A stretch of 63,104 bases of DNA, counting the filler, from Phoronis australis (taxonomy: Eukaryota > Animalia > Phoronida), in assembly GCA_002633005.1 (NCBI GenBank). It is 6 parts of 6 records of this genome, joined end to end, with 100 filler letters (N's around TTAATTAATTAA, not from the genome) between each part and the next. Parts side by side here need not be neighbours in the genome. Positions count along the whole stretch, not along the records: positions 1 to 25,211 come from NMRA01001115.1; 5 more parts are not named here. One strand, given 5' to 3'. Position 1 is the first letter of the stretch. Every line of letters starts with the position of its first letter. The notes below the pieces were generated by a model. It ran no database searches. It saw nothing but the letters and a program-made list of their open reading frames with translations, and was not told the DNA's origin. Shown one piece after another: positions 1 through 11,972 of the stretch. The position numbers and the translations under genes were made by a program.

Positions 1-431
1 TGTCTGACGAAAGGGTTTAATTTTTTTCGGAAAACTAGGTTCGAAACATGAAAAGTAAATATGACCAAATTGCGGCAATCGTAGTATTATGCTGAATGCA
101 GGGTTACGTTTTCTCTTGTAAATTGTTGATCAAAATACTTTCTACACGGACCAGGTCATCTGCTCGTATTGTTGACGAGTTGCAGACATATTCGACAGTG
201 GTGCCGGGCTGTCATGTGCAAGTAGTCACATCTGGTTTAATTTGTTGATCAAGAATATTAACATCAAGCAGGCACTCACTGGGACTAACAGTTGATTTGT
301 CATTGATCTGAAAGAATAATTGATGTTATTAAATACATTTTTTATTAAAATAATAAACCAGGCTCGTAATTGAAAATAAAAATTATTTGACCATCAATTC
401 TGCTTTCATGGTTGTAATAATTCTTACGTCT

Positions 432-1480
432 GTTTCATGTGTTAGATCTCAAATATCAATCTGGACCAAGTTGAATTTTAAAATTAAAACACCTAATTCG
501 TTCGTCCAACTGAAAACATAACCTCGTTTTAGAACTCAATTTCAGTTAACTGGACAATGCAATCATAGTTATCATGTTTCTGCAGGAACCTCGTTCATCC
601 GAGGGGAAAGGTGCCAGTGCCTACTGAGAGGCGATTTTTTCGCCGAGTGAGGGCGGAAACAATCTACCTCCCGATCACCATTAAACATAACATCGTTTTA
701 GAACTCAATTTCAGTTAACTGGACAATGCAATCATAGTTATCATGTTTCTGCAGAAGCGTCTTTCATCCGAGGGGAACGTCCGGGTGCCAGTGCCTACTG
801 AGAGGCGATTTTTTCGCCGAGTGAGGGTGGGAACAATCTACCTCCCGATCACCATCAATAGCACCCCCGCCCTGTTGCAAGCTCTCATAGGCTCTGCCTC
901 AATTTAAAGTAACCTTTTGTGCTCTTAAAAATTGTCACCTGTGTGGTTACAGGTGATGTAAACTTAGAGAGATTTTTCACTAGGGGAATTTTTATACCTC
1001 GTGGGGGGAATTTCGGGTGATCTTTCAATATGTTTGAGAGGGGAATAGGGCCGATATTGGGCCCCAAATTTGAGGGATTGAGGGCCCAGTCCTTTTTGGA
1101 AAGAAAAAGCATAATGTTTCAACCCGTTGCAGGGGCGGATCCAGGTTTTCCAGGGTGGCAGGGCACAGGAATAAGCAGCATTTCGGCAGATGCGCGCGCC
1201 CAGCCTAAACTCTGGGGATGCAGGGGTCTTGAATTCTTGGGTTTGCGGACCTGTTGACTAAAAAAAACGGTAAACGGGGTTCATTAAGCGCCTATGCGTT
1301 GTTTATTCACCCCCCAAGACCCGCCCTGGTTGCGCACGTGTGCTAGTCAGCAATTCGCACCCGAACTCAAAAATGGGATCTGATACAATTTTAGGAGGGG
1401 CCATGCCCCCCCCTCCTAAATCCGTAGTCATGAAAACACAGCCTGGCTGCCCCATTCTCCGGTCGTTACTATATGATGCT
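432..1480 (+). repeat. Dispersed repeat (DNA-transposon relic), copy 1, with an internal ~170-bp tandem duplication and a nested MITE
   Basis: Colinear with ~29995-30570 (shared gttgaattttaaaattaaaacacctaattcgttcgtccaa and aatagcacccccgccctgttgcaagctctcataggctctg). The block ~515-680 is repeated at ~684-855 only in this copy. Confidence 0.85.
1128..1424. mobile_element. CAGGGGCGGAT-type MITE inserted into the dispersed repeat
   Basis: Starts caggggcggatccagg and ends ccctcctaaatccg. Copy 2 of the host repeat reads gtttcaactcgt-agtcatgaaaacacag contiguously, i.e. an empty site. Confidence 0.7.
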
Positions 1481-2971
1481 TAACNGCATGGCCTCCCCTA
1501 AAATTCTCCCAAATTACATGTCTGACGGGCAAAATCCTGGCAAATACTCTGCCCTGCTTCCCTTACTCAAAATCCTGGATACGCCCCTGGTCATCAGTGT
1601 TCGTCATCAATGTTTGATGGCGATAATGATTTTGTCGTTTTAAAGTCGTCCTTAGTGTCGGCGGCGTGTTCGTCCTTGGCCTCGTCGGTGTCATGAGTGT
1701 CTTCTGACGCGATCGACGTCAGTGGTACGTGTTCCTGTTTTTGGCAATGTAAGTTTGGAAGCGATTTCATGTCAGTGGTATCCTCAATATTTACGGTTTC
1801 ATGATCTTTGTCGATGCATCAGTGTTGCTGAAGGCTGCCTGCTTGTCGTCGTCGATGCTGTTGTTTGCCGCAGTGTCGTACATTTAATGATAAAGATGAT
1901 AATGATGATGACGATGATGATGTCATTTTCATCGTCGTAGAGAGTGTCGACAAAGTCACCTGTGATAGTAGTCAGTGGGCCCTGAACTGTAGGTGGTTTG
2001 AAAGAGTTCTATGACTACTTTCTCTTGGCAATTTTATTTCAGCGTTTCCCACCTCATTCATAGGTGTGCTTTTTAGGTGTAAAAATCGCGCTTTTAAAGT
2101 TGCACATTTTTGTGTAATTTTCCAATGAATTCATTTGAGAAAATGTTGAAGTTTGAAGTTCGTTTACAATGCGTCGTATTGTATCAGACACTTAACCGGA
2201 ACAAGTACACGTTGTTGGTCACTTTAAACAAGTTGAACGAGAAAAATAGGTCAACATAGCAGTAAAAATAGGCGTCATTGAGTTGTTAGCGGTATCTTTG
2301 ATATTTGTGTCATCAGCGGTGTTTTGGTTTTCGTTATTGTCATTGGCGTCTTCGTCGGCGGTGTTCTTGCTTTCATTGTCGACCTCGCTTCTAATTTCTT
2401 CATTCGATTTCGTGAAGCTTAGCCCCTGAGGGCGCTTTAGTTGATGAATCAGTTAGTTAGAAAGACAATTGCGGATGGTGACTCAAGAGTTCACTATGCA
2501 CAAGCCAAGTCTTCGCAACTCTAACTGGGGCATTGGAACAAACATTACGTTGGACGCTTTGTTTGAGTGGACCCGTGTACGTTCGGTGGACGTGTATCAT
2601 TCAAGGGGAAACGTGACATAATTTTTACTAAATTAGTGCTTTCTAATAGTGTTCAAGTTGCAATTGCTGAAGATTTGCGCACGTGTATCAAAAGTGCATA
2701 CATGTACAACGAGAGCCTGAACGCCAGTACAATCCATTCACACGTATGTGTGGACCAGCCTCAATAAATCTTCCAAAAGAATACATGCTAACGTAAAACT
2801 TGAAACATACCATCCACCGAGTGTTTGCTGAAGTGAACGTTCAGTAGGTTCTAATGTAAGATTTTGCCGCGCTGTGATCTTTATTACAACAGAAAACAAC
2901 AAATTCATAATTCATTTATAAAGTAATCGTAAATGAGAAACATACATTCACAGATACAAATGTCAAATATC

Positions 2972-5759
2972 TTAAATTCGAGTGTCTGCAAGTTGACCCT
3001 GATTTGTCACAGCATTAGTAGTGGACTCGTTGGACGGGGCGTTGTATCGACGTACGATATATACCGACAAAATGACACCTAAAGCTACTGCACACGCTAC
3101 CACACCACCCGCGATCCCTCCTATCAGATACACTTCGGAAGGCAAGCCACTGCGACTTGTGTCGACTTGCTCAACCTCACTTTTCTTTTCACCTTTAATG
3201 AGCTTTGCACTTGTTAACTGCATCATAACATTTGAAGCTGTACAGCTGTAGTTGCCCTCAAGAAAATTGTCTGCGGGAATATTCGAAACTCCGACCGATT
3301 TGGCTTCGGTAAAATTGATTTGAGAAGAACAATTAATGTCATTTCCTCCAGGGTCTTTGATTACTATACTTGAAGGTGGATCTCCATAAGACGTGCACTG
3401 GATGAGCACCTTCTTGTCGTTATGTTTGACTTCTATTACCGGATAACTGAGCGAACGACATACAACATCAAGGGATAAGAAAGATTCAATGGTAGGGCGA
3501 GTTTTATTGGGAGAATCGCATGTAGGGATGTCATATGTGAGTCTGGGATTTCTGTAGTAGTAGTAGACCCAAAGCTGTAAGGGATAGACCAAGCAGTTGC
3601 AGTGCAGTGGATTGCTAGATACAAACAGTTTTAGCGGCTTTTTTCGGCTAGCTACCTTTCCCAATATGTCTAGTGGTAAAACTTTTATACTGTTATTACG
3701 AAGATAGAAGTATCGCAATCTGGTCAGTAGATTCATGATCCCATCCTCAATTCCTGTTATGCCACAATTATTCATTTCAAGATGTTCCAACGACGTAAGA
3801 GAACGAAACAAATACTGACTTACTATTCGAATTCTATTTCCAGACAGACGAAGGTACCGTAAAAAAATCAACTGATCAAAGGCATGTTCATCTATGTGCT
3901 CAATTTGGGCATATGCCATATATAACGTACGAATATTCGGCAGCCCTGAGAGTGTTTTGTTTGTTACAGAACCAAGGTTGTTATAGCTTAAGTCCAGAAA
4001 CGTTAACGTGATTGTTTTGGTGATCGCCAAGTTTTCGATATTGTTATTCTCTATTCCAAGTCGTATGATGTTACTTGGTAACATGTTATTACTAATGTGC
4101 ACTATCCCGTTTCCTGTAAGATGGAGCACTCTAAGTAACTTCAGTTCAATAAATGCATTTCTTGAAAGTGACACAATCTCGTTGTGCGACAGGTTTAAAC
4201 TCATTAGAGATCCGAGTCCTTCAAGCATGAAGCCAGATATGTATTTCAATTTATTTCTAGCGAGAACGAGAAACTTAAGCCGAGGAAGCAACTGAAAAGG
4301 TTGATCACTAAGGTCAGATATGTTACACCACGATAGGTCAAGGTTTGTGATGTTCCAAAAATTCCAAACAAACGTTTGTGAAATTTTAAAATGTTCAAAG
4401 TTTCCTTTCAGCTTCAGTTTTCTGACATTTGTGAGATATGATGAGTTAAATGTAAAGTTTACATTTGTTACTTCCAAAATGACATCATCACAGTTAATAG
4501 AGGTAAAAATGTCCAGCGTACCTACTTCATTACCGTCCATTTCTAAGCGCGTGAGACGTTTTGGGCCTAAGAAATCTACAGAATTTATCACCTTGATTTT
4601 ATTGCCACGCAAGCCAAGAATTGTGAGACTCGTTAAGTCTTCAAAAGTTCGGTCTCCAAGTGAATGTATACCGTTGAAGTTTAGATACAGTTTGCGTATT
4701 TTTGTTAGACCTACAAATGTCCCGCGATTCAAGAAAGTAATTCGGTTATAAGATAGGAATAAATTCAACAGATCTCTCATATGATAAAACGACTTTTCTT
4801 CTATTTCTTCTATTCTGTTGGCTGTCAGACTAAGAGTTTGCAATGATTCCAGATAAATGAACGTGTCTTTCTTCACCAGGGGCAGCCAGTTTCCGCGTAG
4901 CATAAGCCATTTAACAGACGAGAGAGTAAAAAATGCACCGTTTTCAAATTTTGAAACTTTGTTAAATGACAGATCAACACGCACTGTTTGATTGGATAGG
5001 AAATACTCGGCTTCAACTATACCCAAATGGTTTTGCCGCAAATCCAAGTACTCCATTCTAGCGAGCACCAGACCACGAACCGCGCTTATAGAATTGTTTC
5101 TCAAAATTAATGTTTTTAAATTCTCTAGTCCGTCAAAAACATTTCTTGTGCAGTGCTCCTAAATGGTTGTTTTCGAGCTGAAGATGTAACAAACTGTTCA
5201 AGCACCTAAACGTCCCATTTTCTATCCAAGAAATGTCATTGTTTCCAGTATCTAATCTTTCAAGACTTTGCAAGCTATCGCCAAAAGAATTGCCATCCAG
5301 CGAAGCAATAGTGTTGTTTCTCAAACGTAAAACTTTTATCAAAGGCATGTCTGCAAATATGTCTTTTGACAAAAAGGATAAGCGATTACTTGTTAGATCT
5401 AGATATTCCAAGCTAACCAAGCCAGAAAAAGTTTTGCTTGTCAGTTCACTTATTCTGTTGTTCCTCAAATCCAGCCATTTTAATTCAGTTAAGACAGAAA
5501 AAAGTCTGTCGGCGAGACCAGTTATTAGGTTCTTCCCAAGAATTAGTTGCTTCACTTTTGACAAAGGGGTGAAAGCGTCACTCCGAATCTGATAGATTCC
5601 ACAGTTCCACAAGTCCACAGTTGCGACGTTCGCCAAGTTCAGCATTTCCTCCATGGTCAGCACCTTTTCTCTCCGGTGCACACAGACACTGGAAGAGACT
5701 GTCCGCAAAATAGTACTAAGCGCCACCAATAGGAGCATACATCCTCTCGTCACAGCCAT
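2972..5759 (-). CDS. LRR + LRRCT + Ig + TM single-pass receptor (LIG-type), about 928 aa if one extra base at ~5135-5144 is removed
   Basis: ATG at 5759 followed by a signal peptide (MAVTRGCMLLLVALS..). Many LxxLxLxxN repeats, LRRCT NPLHCNC..PTCDSP..C, Ig VLIQC..EGNYSCTASN, TM VYLIGGIAGGVVACAVALGVILSVYIV, tail ending DTRI. The LRR pattern continues across the break (FDGLENLKTLILRNN). AATAAA at 2880-2885 on minus. Confidence 0.85.
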
Positions 5760-5951
5760 TGGAGGGGAAATGGTCGGCACACACTCTTCCACGGTTTCTG
5801 AATAGACTAGAGACTTGCTATTACAGCGCCTCTCTTGTCAGCACTGTTAAACTGTTACAGAATGGAGTAGAGTTTTCCTGCCTAGACTTGTAGCTGCCAC
5901 ATCATCTAGCATTTGGATCTGGAACCAGCCAATTTGCAAACAAGCGTTATA

Positions 5952-5954
<3 letters not shown>

Positions 5955-5990
<36 letters not shown>
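5955..5990. repeat. (TA)n microsatellite
   Basis: Direct reading. Confidence 0.95.
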
Positions 5991-5994
<4 letters not shown>

Positions 5995-7342
5995 GCATAT
6001 AATGCGCGCATTTGGGCAAATGCGCCTATAATCGAAACAATGCGTTCTTTTCCAATTGAAAGAGAATTGTTTACTCAAGTGTTTCGCATATGCACCCATG
6101 CGCCTGAATTTCGCTTACAAGTGCAGGCGGATGTCCTTGTAGGCTACAGACGCATGCCTTGCTGTGAATACATGCAAACATAGATTATAGACAACAGATT
6201 CGCAACTCCGGCATATCCTTACGTGCTGAGTTGAACTCTCCTGACCTATCTGCTNGAATTTTGTTTTCGTCATAAACGTTCGTTTGAAAGGCTTAAGTTT
6301 AGAAATGTTAGGACTTAAGGCGGAAATTTAACAAACAATATGTCCGCTTACAAAAAAATTAACATTGAGGAATAAAAACAACCTTTACACCCCGCTGGTG
6401 TTCCTGTTCCATGTTTTCAAAGAAGTTGGTTGCATTTTCATAGACGGCAGTCGAGAGATTTTGTGCGGCATATATTCGACATGAAATGAGTGTGTAACCT
6501 GCTATTGAATTGCGAGATAGATTTTGACTGGTCCGGGTGCTTATTTATGAAGTATTAATGTAATGTTTATTTATGTTAAAGGTTTTACCAGCGTTCTATT
6601 TATTTGTACACGAATGTGAATGTGTTGAAATCTCTGATCCAAATCCTGGCCAAATGTGCGCATTCTGCTGAGACCAACCGTCTGATCAGGGCCAGCGAAG
6701 AGTAATTTGGTTAATTCGCACACTAGGCTATAGCTGAACTTCCTCGTAAGGACAGGAGTTTACGAGTCACTACCTTTGGAAGAAATTTAGCACATAATTT
6801 TCGTCAAAAAGTTTACCAGATAGTTTTCATCAAAACGGAGAAAACAAAAAATGGATTTGTGAAGACAGGATTAAGACTAAGTAGTAGAGTCTCTTAAAAA
6901 CCTTCATCTTCGAAGTGCCTTGAACAAATGTATAAAGTCTTATTGCTGAAACAACTGCCATTCACGTTGACACAAGAAGTAAGGTTTTCTTCCCACAGCC
7001 GATTATAGGGTCTTCAGATGGTATGGAGGCGAATTCCTTTGCATTTCGCGTGTGTGGCTGAACAACCGGCCACACAGTAGCCGACCATGATTAGCAAACG
7101 ACGTACTTGCCGGAAATTGCACCAGATAATTTAGCCAGATGTCGCCAGTGAATAATGACGTAAGGGCTTGTGCGTAAGGTCACAGATTTCGTCCATTGAA
7201 AGTATACGGAGTTGGCGGTCCATGTACTATAGTCTATGATGCAAATGAATAGTCCTCGACATAATCTTGCCTGTGCGAAACATTTGGCAGTGCATTTCCT
7301 AGATTGTAACTCATATAATACGTTTTGTTAGGCTCACTTATG

Positions 7343-7446
7343 AATTTCATGTCACTTGGAGGTATAACAGATAATAGTCCAGTTCTTTCGCTAATTTCAT
7401 GTCACTTGGAGGGATAACAGATAACAGTCCAGTTCTTTCGCTAATT
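7343..7446. repeat. 50-bp tandem duplication
   Basis: aatttcatgtcacttggagg.ataacagataa.agtccagttctttcgct x2. Confidence 0.9.
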
Positions 7447-10400
7447 TTCCCAAAATTGCTGTTTTGTATTTGTAGAGAAATGCTGCCGTACATTATTAGT
7501 TGAACCAGAGCTGAATAGAGTATATTGTTTGGAGGGGAAATTAAGGAAATTATTGATTGATTTAATTAGACCATTGAATTAACCTTCCCAGCAAAACCAG
7601 TAAAATGACAACAGTTTTCATCTGAAAAACAAACTAAGTACTTACGATTAAGTTGCAAACTATTACATGCACGTTCAGTATGCATACTTCTAGGCGTATT
7701 ATGCGAGCGTATAATTCGCAAAATTCTTCACTACATTCCACGAGTCAAAAAGATAAAAGTAGTTAAAACAAATAAATGGTATGCGCCTATATCCGGAGCA
7801 TAAAAGTCAAGCATGGATTTACTCTAGTAGTTCGCGTATGCGCCTGATTGGGGATATAGGCATGGTTTCGAAAATAGACACATGAGTCTAAATACGCGCA
7901 TATATAATGGTATCGCTGTTGGTTTGCGACTGACTTATCTATCAAGTTCACTCACAAAAGTCACTGTCTGACCCCAATAAGATAGTTAAACATCATTGAA
8001 AAGCTGACGTCTTCACGTCTTTTCCTGAAATCAAGTTCGGTGTCTTTGCCTTTCCTGTGCGCTTAAAATAAAAGTAAAAATAAAAATAAAATACTCGTCA
8101 TGTGTAACGAGTATGATTTGGCTTAGTTGTTGACCGTTCAGCGTATACTGCGGAGCTATCGCAAAACCCTGTAATTGAGCGCGTGCGCCTAATTTTGGAG
8201 CTGCGCCTAATTTCAGAGCTTAGACGCATGCGTCCTATGAGAAGCACTTTGGTTGAACTTGCCCTTATTATCATGCTCCGGTTAAAAGAGCACCTTAAAT
8301 GCTTTTCAAAAACATGAATTTTTAGTTTGCAAGTGAAAATAGTGCAACTTCTTTTGACTGACATAGTGAACCTGTACTTCATTTGCATAGAGACATGTCG
8401 ATTTGTCACGGAAGAAACTGAACTTGATTTGCATAGACACAGGTCAACTAGTTTACAAAACATTTTAACGTTTTGTTTTGAAAAACATTAATTAAATAAC
8501 GTAACATATAGATGTAATTGACGTCGTGATCTAAGAGTTACACATACATTGCACTTCCATTTTATCGATGATCAAAGCTGAAGCCTTTAGATGAAATTAT
8601 GATTTCTCAGAAACATTCAAGGAGGGCCTTTGATCGGAAAGTCAGGGTGGGCTTGTACATGGATCCCGCATGTAGAACTTTGGAGCATGCACCTATTTAC
8701 ATGTACATAACGTTTGAATAGAAACATCGTGCAAAATACGCGTTATTTCGCACATTGGCACGTTTTCTTATTTGTCGGATTTCACGGTTAGTGGGCTCGT
8801 TACCTCGCTACTTACAATTTCCGTAAAATTGCTTTTATTGCCGGCATTGATCCTTCAATGAGTTCAATGAGAACGTATTTCTGTTATTCCTTCAATGTAA
8901 TGAATCTATAAGACACTCCCGATCTTTTGTAAACCAAGAGGTAAATCACCAAGAAGTAAATTAAAGCTCAGACTGATTTCATAAGCGGACTTATTGGAGT
9001 CAACGTCCGTTGCATGAAACAATTGCAATATAGGGACTTGACTATGTTCCCTAAATTTTCAACGCATTTGGAGTCAGTTTACTCACTAATGCTAAATTTT
9101 TATTTCACTTCATTTTAATTGTGAGCTCCTCTTTTACTTAAATGTTATTTTCTATTGTCAGAAAACCGAGCCCTTATTTCAAGTAAATTAAATAGGAACC
9201 AAGTTGTTTAATTAGGTTCATTGCACGACAAGCTTCCTATTAATTTTCAGTGATTTTAACAACTTCTAGTTTACTTTGATCGGTATACATCAAAACTAAA
9301 ACTTGACGTGGAAATGAAGATAAAATAGCAGAAGGAAAGACAATAAGCGTTTACACATTAAGCCCCCTCCCCTACAGACCTCACCGAAAAAACGCAATTG
9401 GCGTTGATTTTACAAATTTCCCGGAAGTGTTCTTTCCACTCTTAAATCCGTCTGTGAATTCACTTAAGATTATCCCAAACCTTCATTCTCACTCATATAT
9501 CGAAAAACCGGGCTATGGTCGACAGTAAAAGTATACACTTTCAGAAAGAAAAAAATTATGAAAATATGTTTTGTATTCGTGTGCCACTATTATTATTACA
9601 TCACCAACTTTTTAAATCAAAGTTTCATTTTTAAGAAAGGTACATTCATAGTAAAATACCCTCTTAGTCGATTTTAATGAAACCCTTTTTAATGAAAACT
9701 TCACAGTTTTGCCTCAAAACGCTGATAGAAATTTTCGATTACTCATGAACAGATGCCGTATTTGTCTGTTTCACGATACACAAAAAACAAGGTGTTTAAA
9801 AGGAAAACCTTTACAGCGTTTTAAGACTGATAAATAAGTATTAAATTAGGAAAATTTGGTGAAATGCACCGAGTCGTTTTCGAGAACTCGTGTTCCTAAA
9901 TTCAATTCAAGTCGAAGCCGAGAAAAAGCCAGAAAAGTTACGAATCATGAAAATCTGAAGGGTTCCGATTCATTATTCGGTGAAAACTTGTTTCGCTGTG
10001 AACATTCACTCGTATTGTCAACTGAATTGACAGTGCGTAATTAACTTAATTATCACTGATTTTGTTAAGCCGGTTGACAATGACTCGAGTGAAACTTGGT
10101 TAGGGGAGGAGTTTATTTCCTGACATATTAAAATAGGCCAGCAGCATTACCGGTCATTTCCGTAGATAAGCCCATGGGCGTGTATTCGGAAAATGAAAAA
10201 TTTCAGGCGTTTTAGCGACACCAAATAAAGGGAACGTGTAAACGGAAAGCCATAGTTTTGCTTTACTTGACACTCTTTTACTTAAATCTGCGTTTAATAA
10301 GTGCATAGTTCGCGAACGCCTTGTTCGTTTTTATAAATGATAAATACTCCGCAAAAATGAGTTTGTAACAAAAAGTTGATGCTGAGTGGGCTTTTAAGAG

Positions 10401-10904
10401 GACAATTTCCAAATAAACGTCCCACGGTCTGGACGCTTGACCGGCACCACAAGCTGTAACACCAAATAAACGCCCATGGGCGATTCATTTACGGAAAACC
10501 CCGATAGTACACACATACCGAAGCACGCGCCGGGGAGACTGAAAGAAACTGAGTACGAAATGTGGAATAGAAATCGAGTATCTGGGGTGAAAGCCTACCC
10601 GATAGGATAACATATGATTTAGATGGGCAACAAAATTTTTGTAGCTACTAGTTTTACTAATCACAATCATAAGCAAGTTAATATTAAGTTTAAATTTGCT
10701 TCTCGATGTAAAGTGCTTGACATAATCATCGGGTAGTATCCGGCCCTAGCCGTGTTGCGTAGATGACGATTAGAAGAGACTTTATGTTATTCATCGGCAT
10801 TGAAAGCGCGTGGTCTCTACACCATAGGGTAACCCGGGAGTCCAGAAATAAATGTCTATGCCTAGACCAAGCCATACAGCATTGAGAGAGCTTTCCAAAA
10901 GTAC

Positions 10905-11167
10905 CAGTGGCGGGAAATTGGGCATCGCGTTTGTAAGTGCACAGGCGGCCCGAAAGTTGCGGGGCCGAGGATGTAGACCTTCTGTTCAGAAAATCTTTCG
11001 GTGGACAAAAAAACGGGAACGTGTATCCCCCTTCGTCTGCTACCGGTCCTAGCTCCTGGACTCAATCGTTCCTCTCGCTTCACACTGTTGCTGTTTCATT
11101 TTGCTTGTGGCAGCCAAGGAGGGGGGCGGGCCCCCTGCCCACCCCGCCCCCCTAAATCCGCCTATGA
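10905..11167 (+). mobile_element. CAGTGGCGG-type MITE, related to 47487-47625
   Basis: cagtggcggg...ccctaaatccgcctatg termini. The internal gcacaggcggcccgaaagtt..gaccttctgttc is shared with 47487-47625. Confidence 0.65.
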
Positions 11168-11534
11168 ATAGTGCGTGTGGAGGCCTTAAAATCGACCAAA
11201 AAACAGCAGAAAATGGGGTTGTTATTAGCTACTTTCGTGTACTTTCTAGCATAGTATGGATTTTCAAATAAACAAAATACCAAATATCAACTCACCAACT
11301 GTGTGGGTTTCGCACTTAACGGCAATTTTCCAACATGCACGAAACTACAGAGAAACACTTAACACACCTTGCTCGAACATTGCTTGCCTCCGGAACTGTG
11401 GCTAAGACAATGAGAACACCTTAGCCAGTCCATTATCAAATGAGTTCGACACGCCGTAGTACATATGAACATACATCGAATGATGCTAAATTCAAAAGCA
11501 TTGCCACCCGTACAGTAATAGACTCAACCAGGAG

Positions 11535-11972
11535 CATGCCAAGAATATTGTACGATTACACTTGGATTACCCCAAAATCCAACGGCTGCCTGCTGGTTTG
11601 GTAACTGGCCCAATTATGTTACACACCTAGCGGAATCAATGAGAAGCATATTATGTCAACACTGTTCAAAAGTTTTAGGTTGTAAAAGTCACATTTCTTG
11701 TCCTGTTTTCAAACCTCAAAAACCTAATCACGTGTACTTTTTACGAACTATTCAAATGCGGCATTTAAAAACTTTCAAAACAAGAGTTTAAAAATACCAT
11801 TGTCGCTTCAGTGTGTTCATGGTGGGTCTGATTATCTAGGTAACGATAACGTCAGCAGCCTGAAGCGTGGTGTCTTGACCAATGCGACGTATTCCAGGTA
11901 CACAAACCGGTTGATATGTCCAAATCTGAACCGCACGGTGAAGTTGTCAACGTAGGATACTTTTCATGAGTA
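11535..11972 (+). repeat. ~440-bp dispersed repeat, inverted partner of 23667-24115
   Basis: Blocks catgccaagaat..gtacgattac, actggcccaattatgtt, acgaactattcaaat, tcagcagcctg and tgtcaacgtaggat occur reverse-complemented and in order at 23667-24115. Confidence 0.8.

Noticed and set aside
3021-5592. Plus-strand ORFs over the LRR gene
   Set aside because: Antisense shadows of the LRR coding frame.
10827-10850. GNPGVQ collagen-like mini-exon
   Set aside because: No donor site, and an in-frame stop follows.
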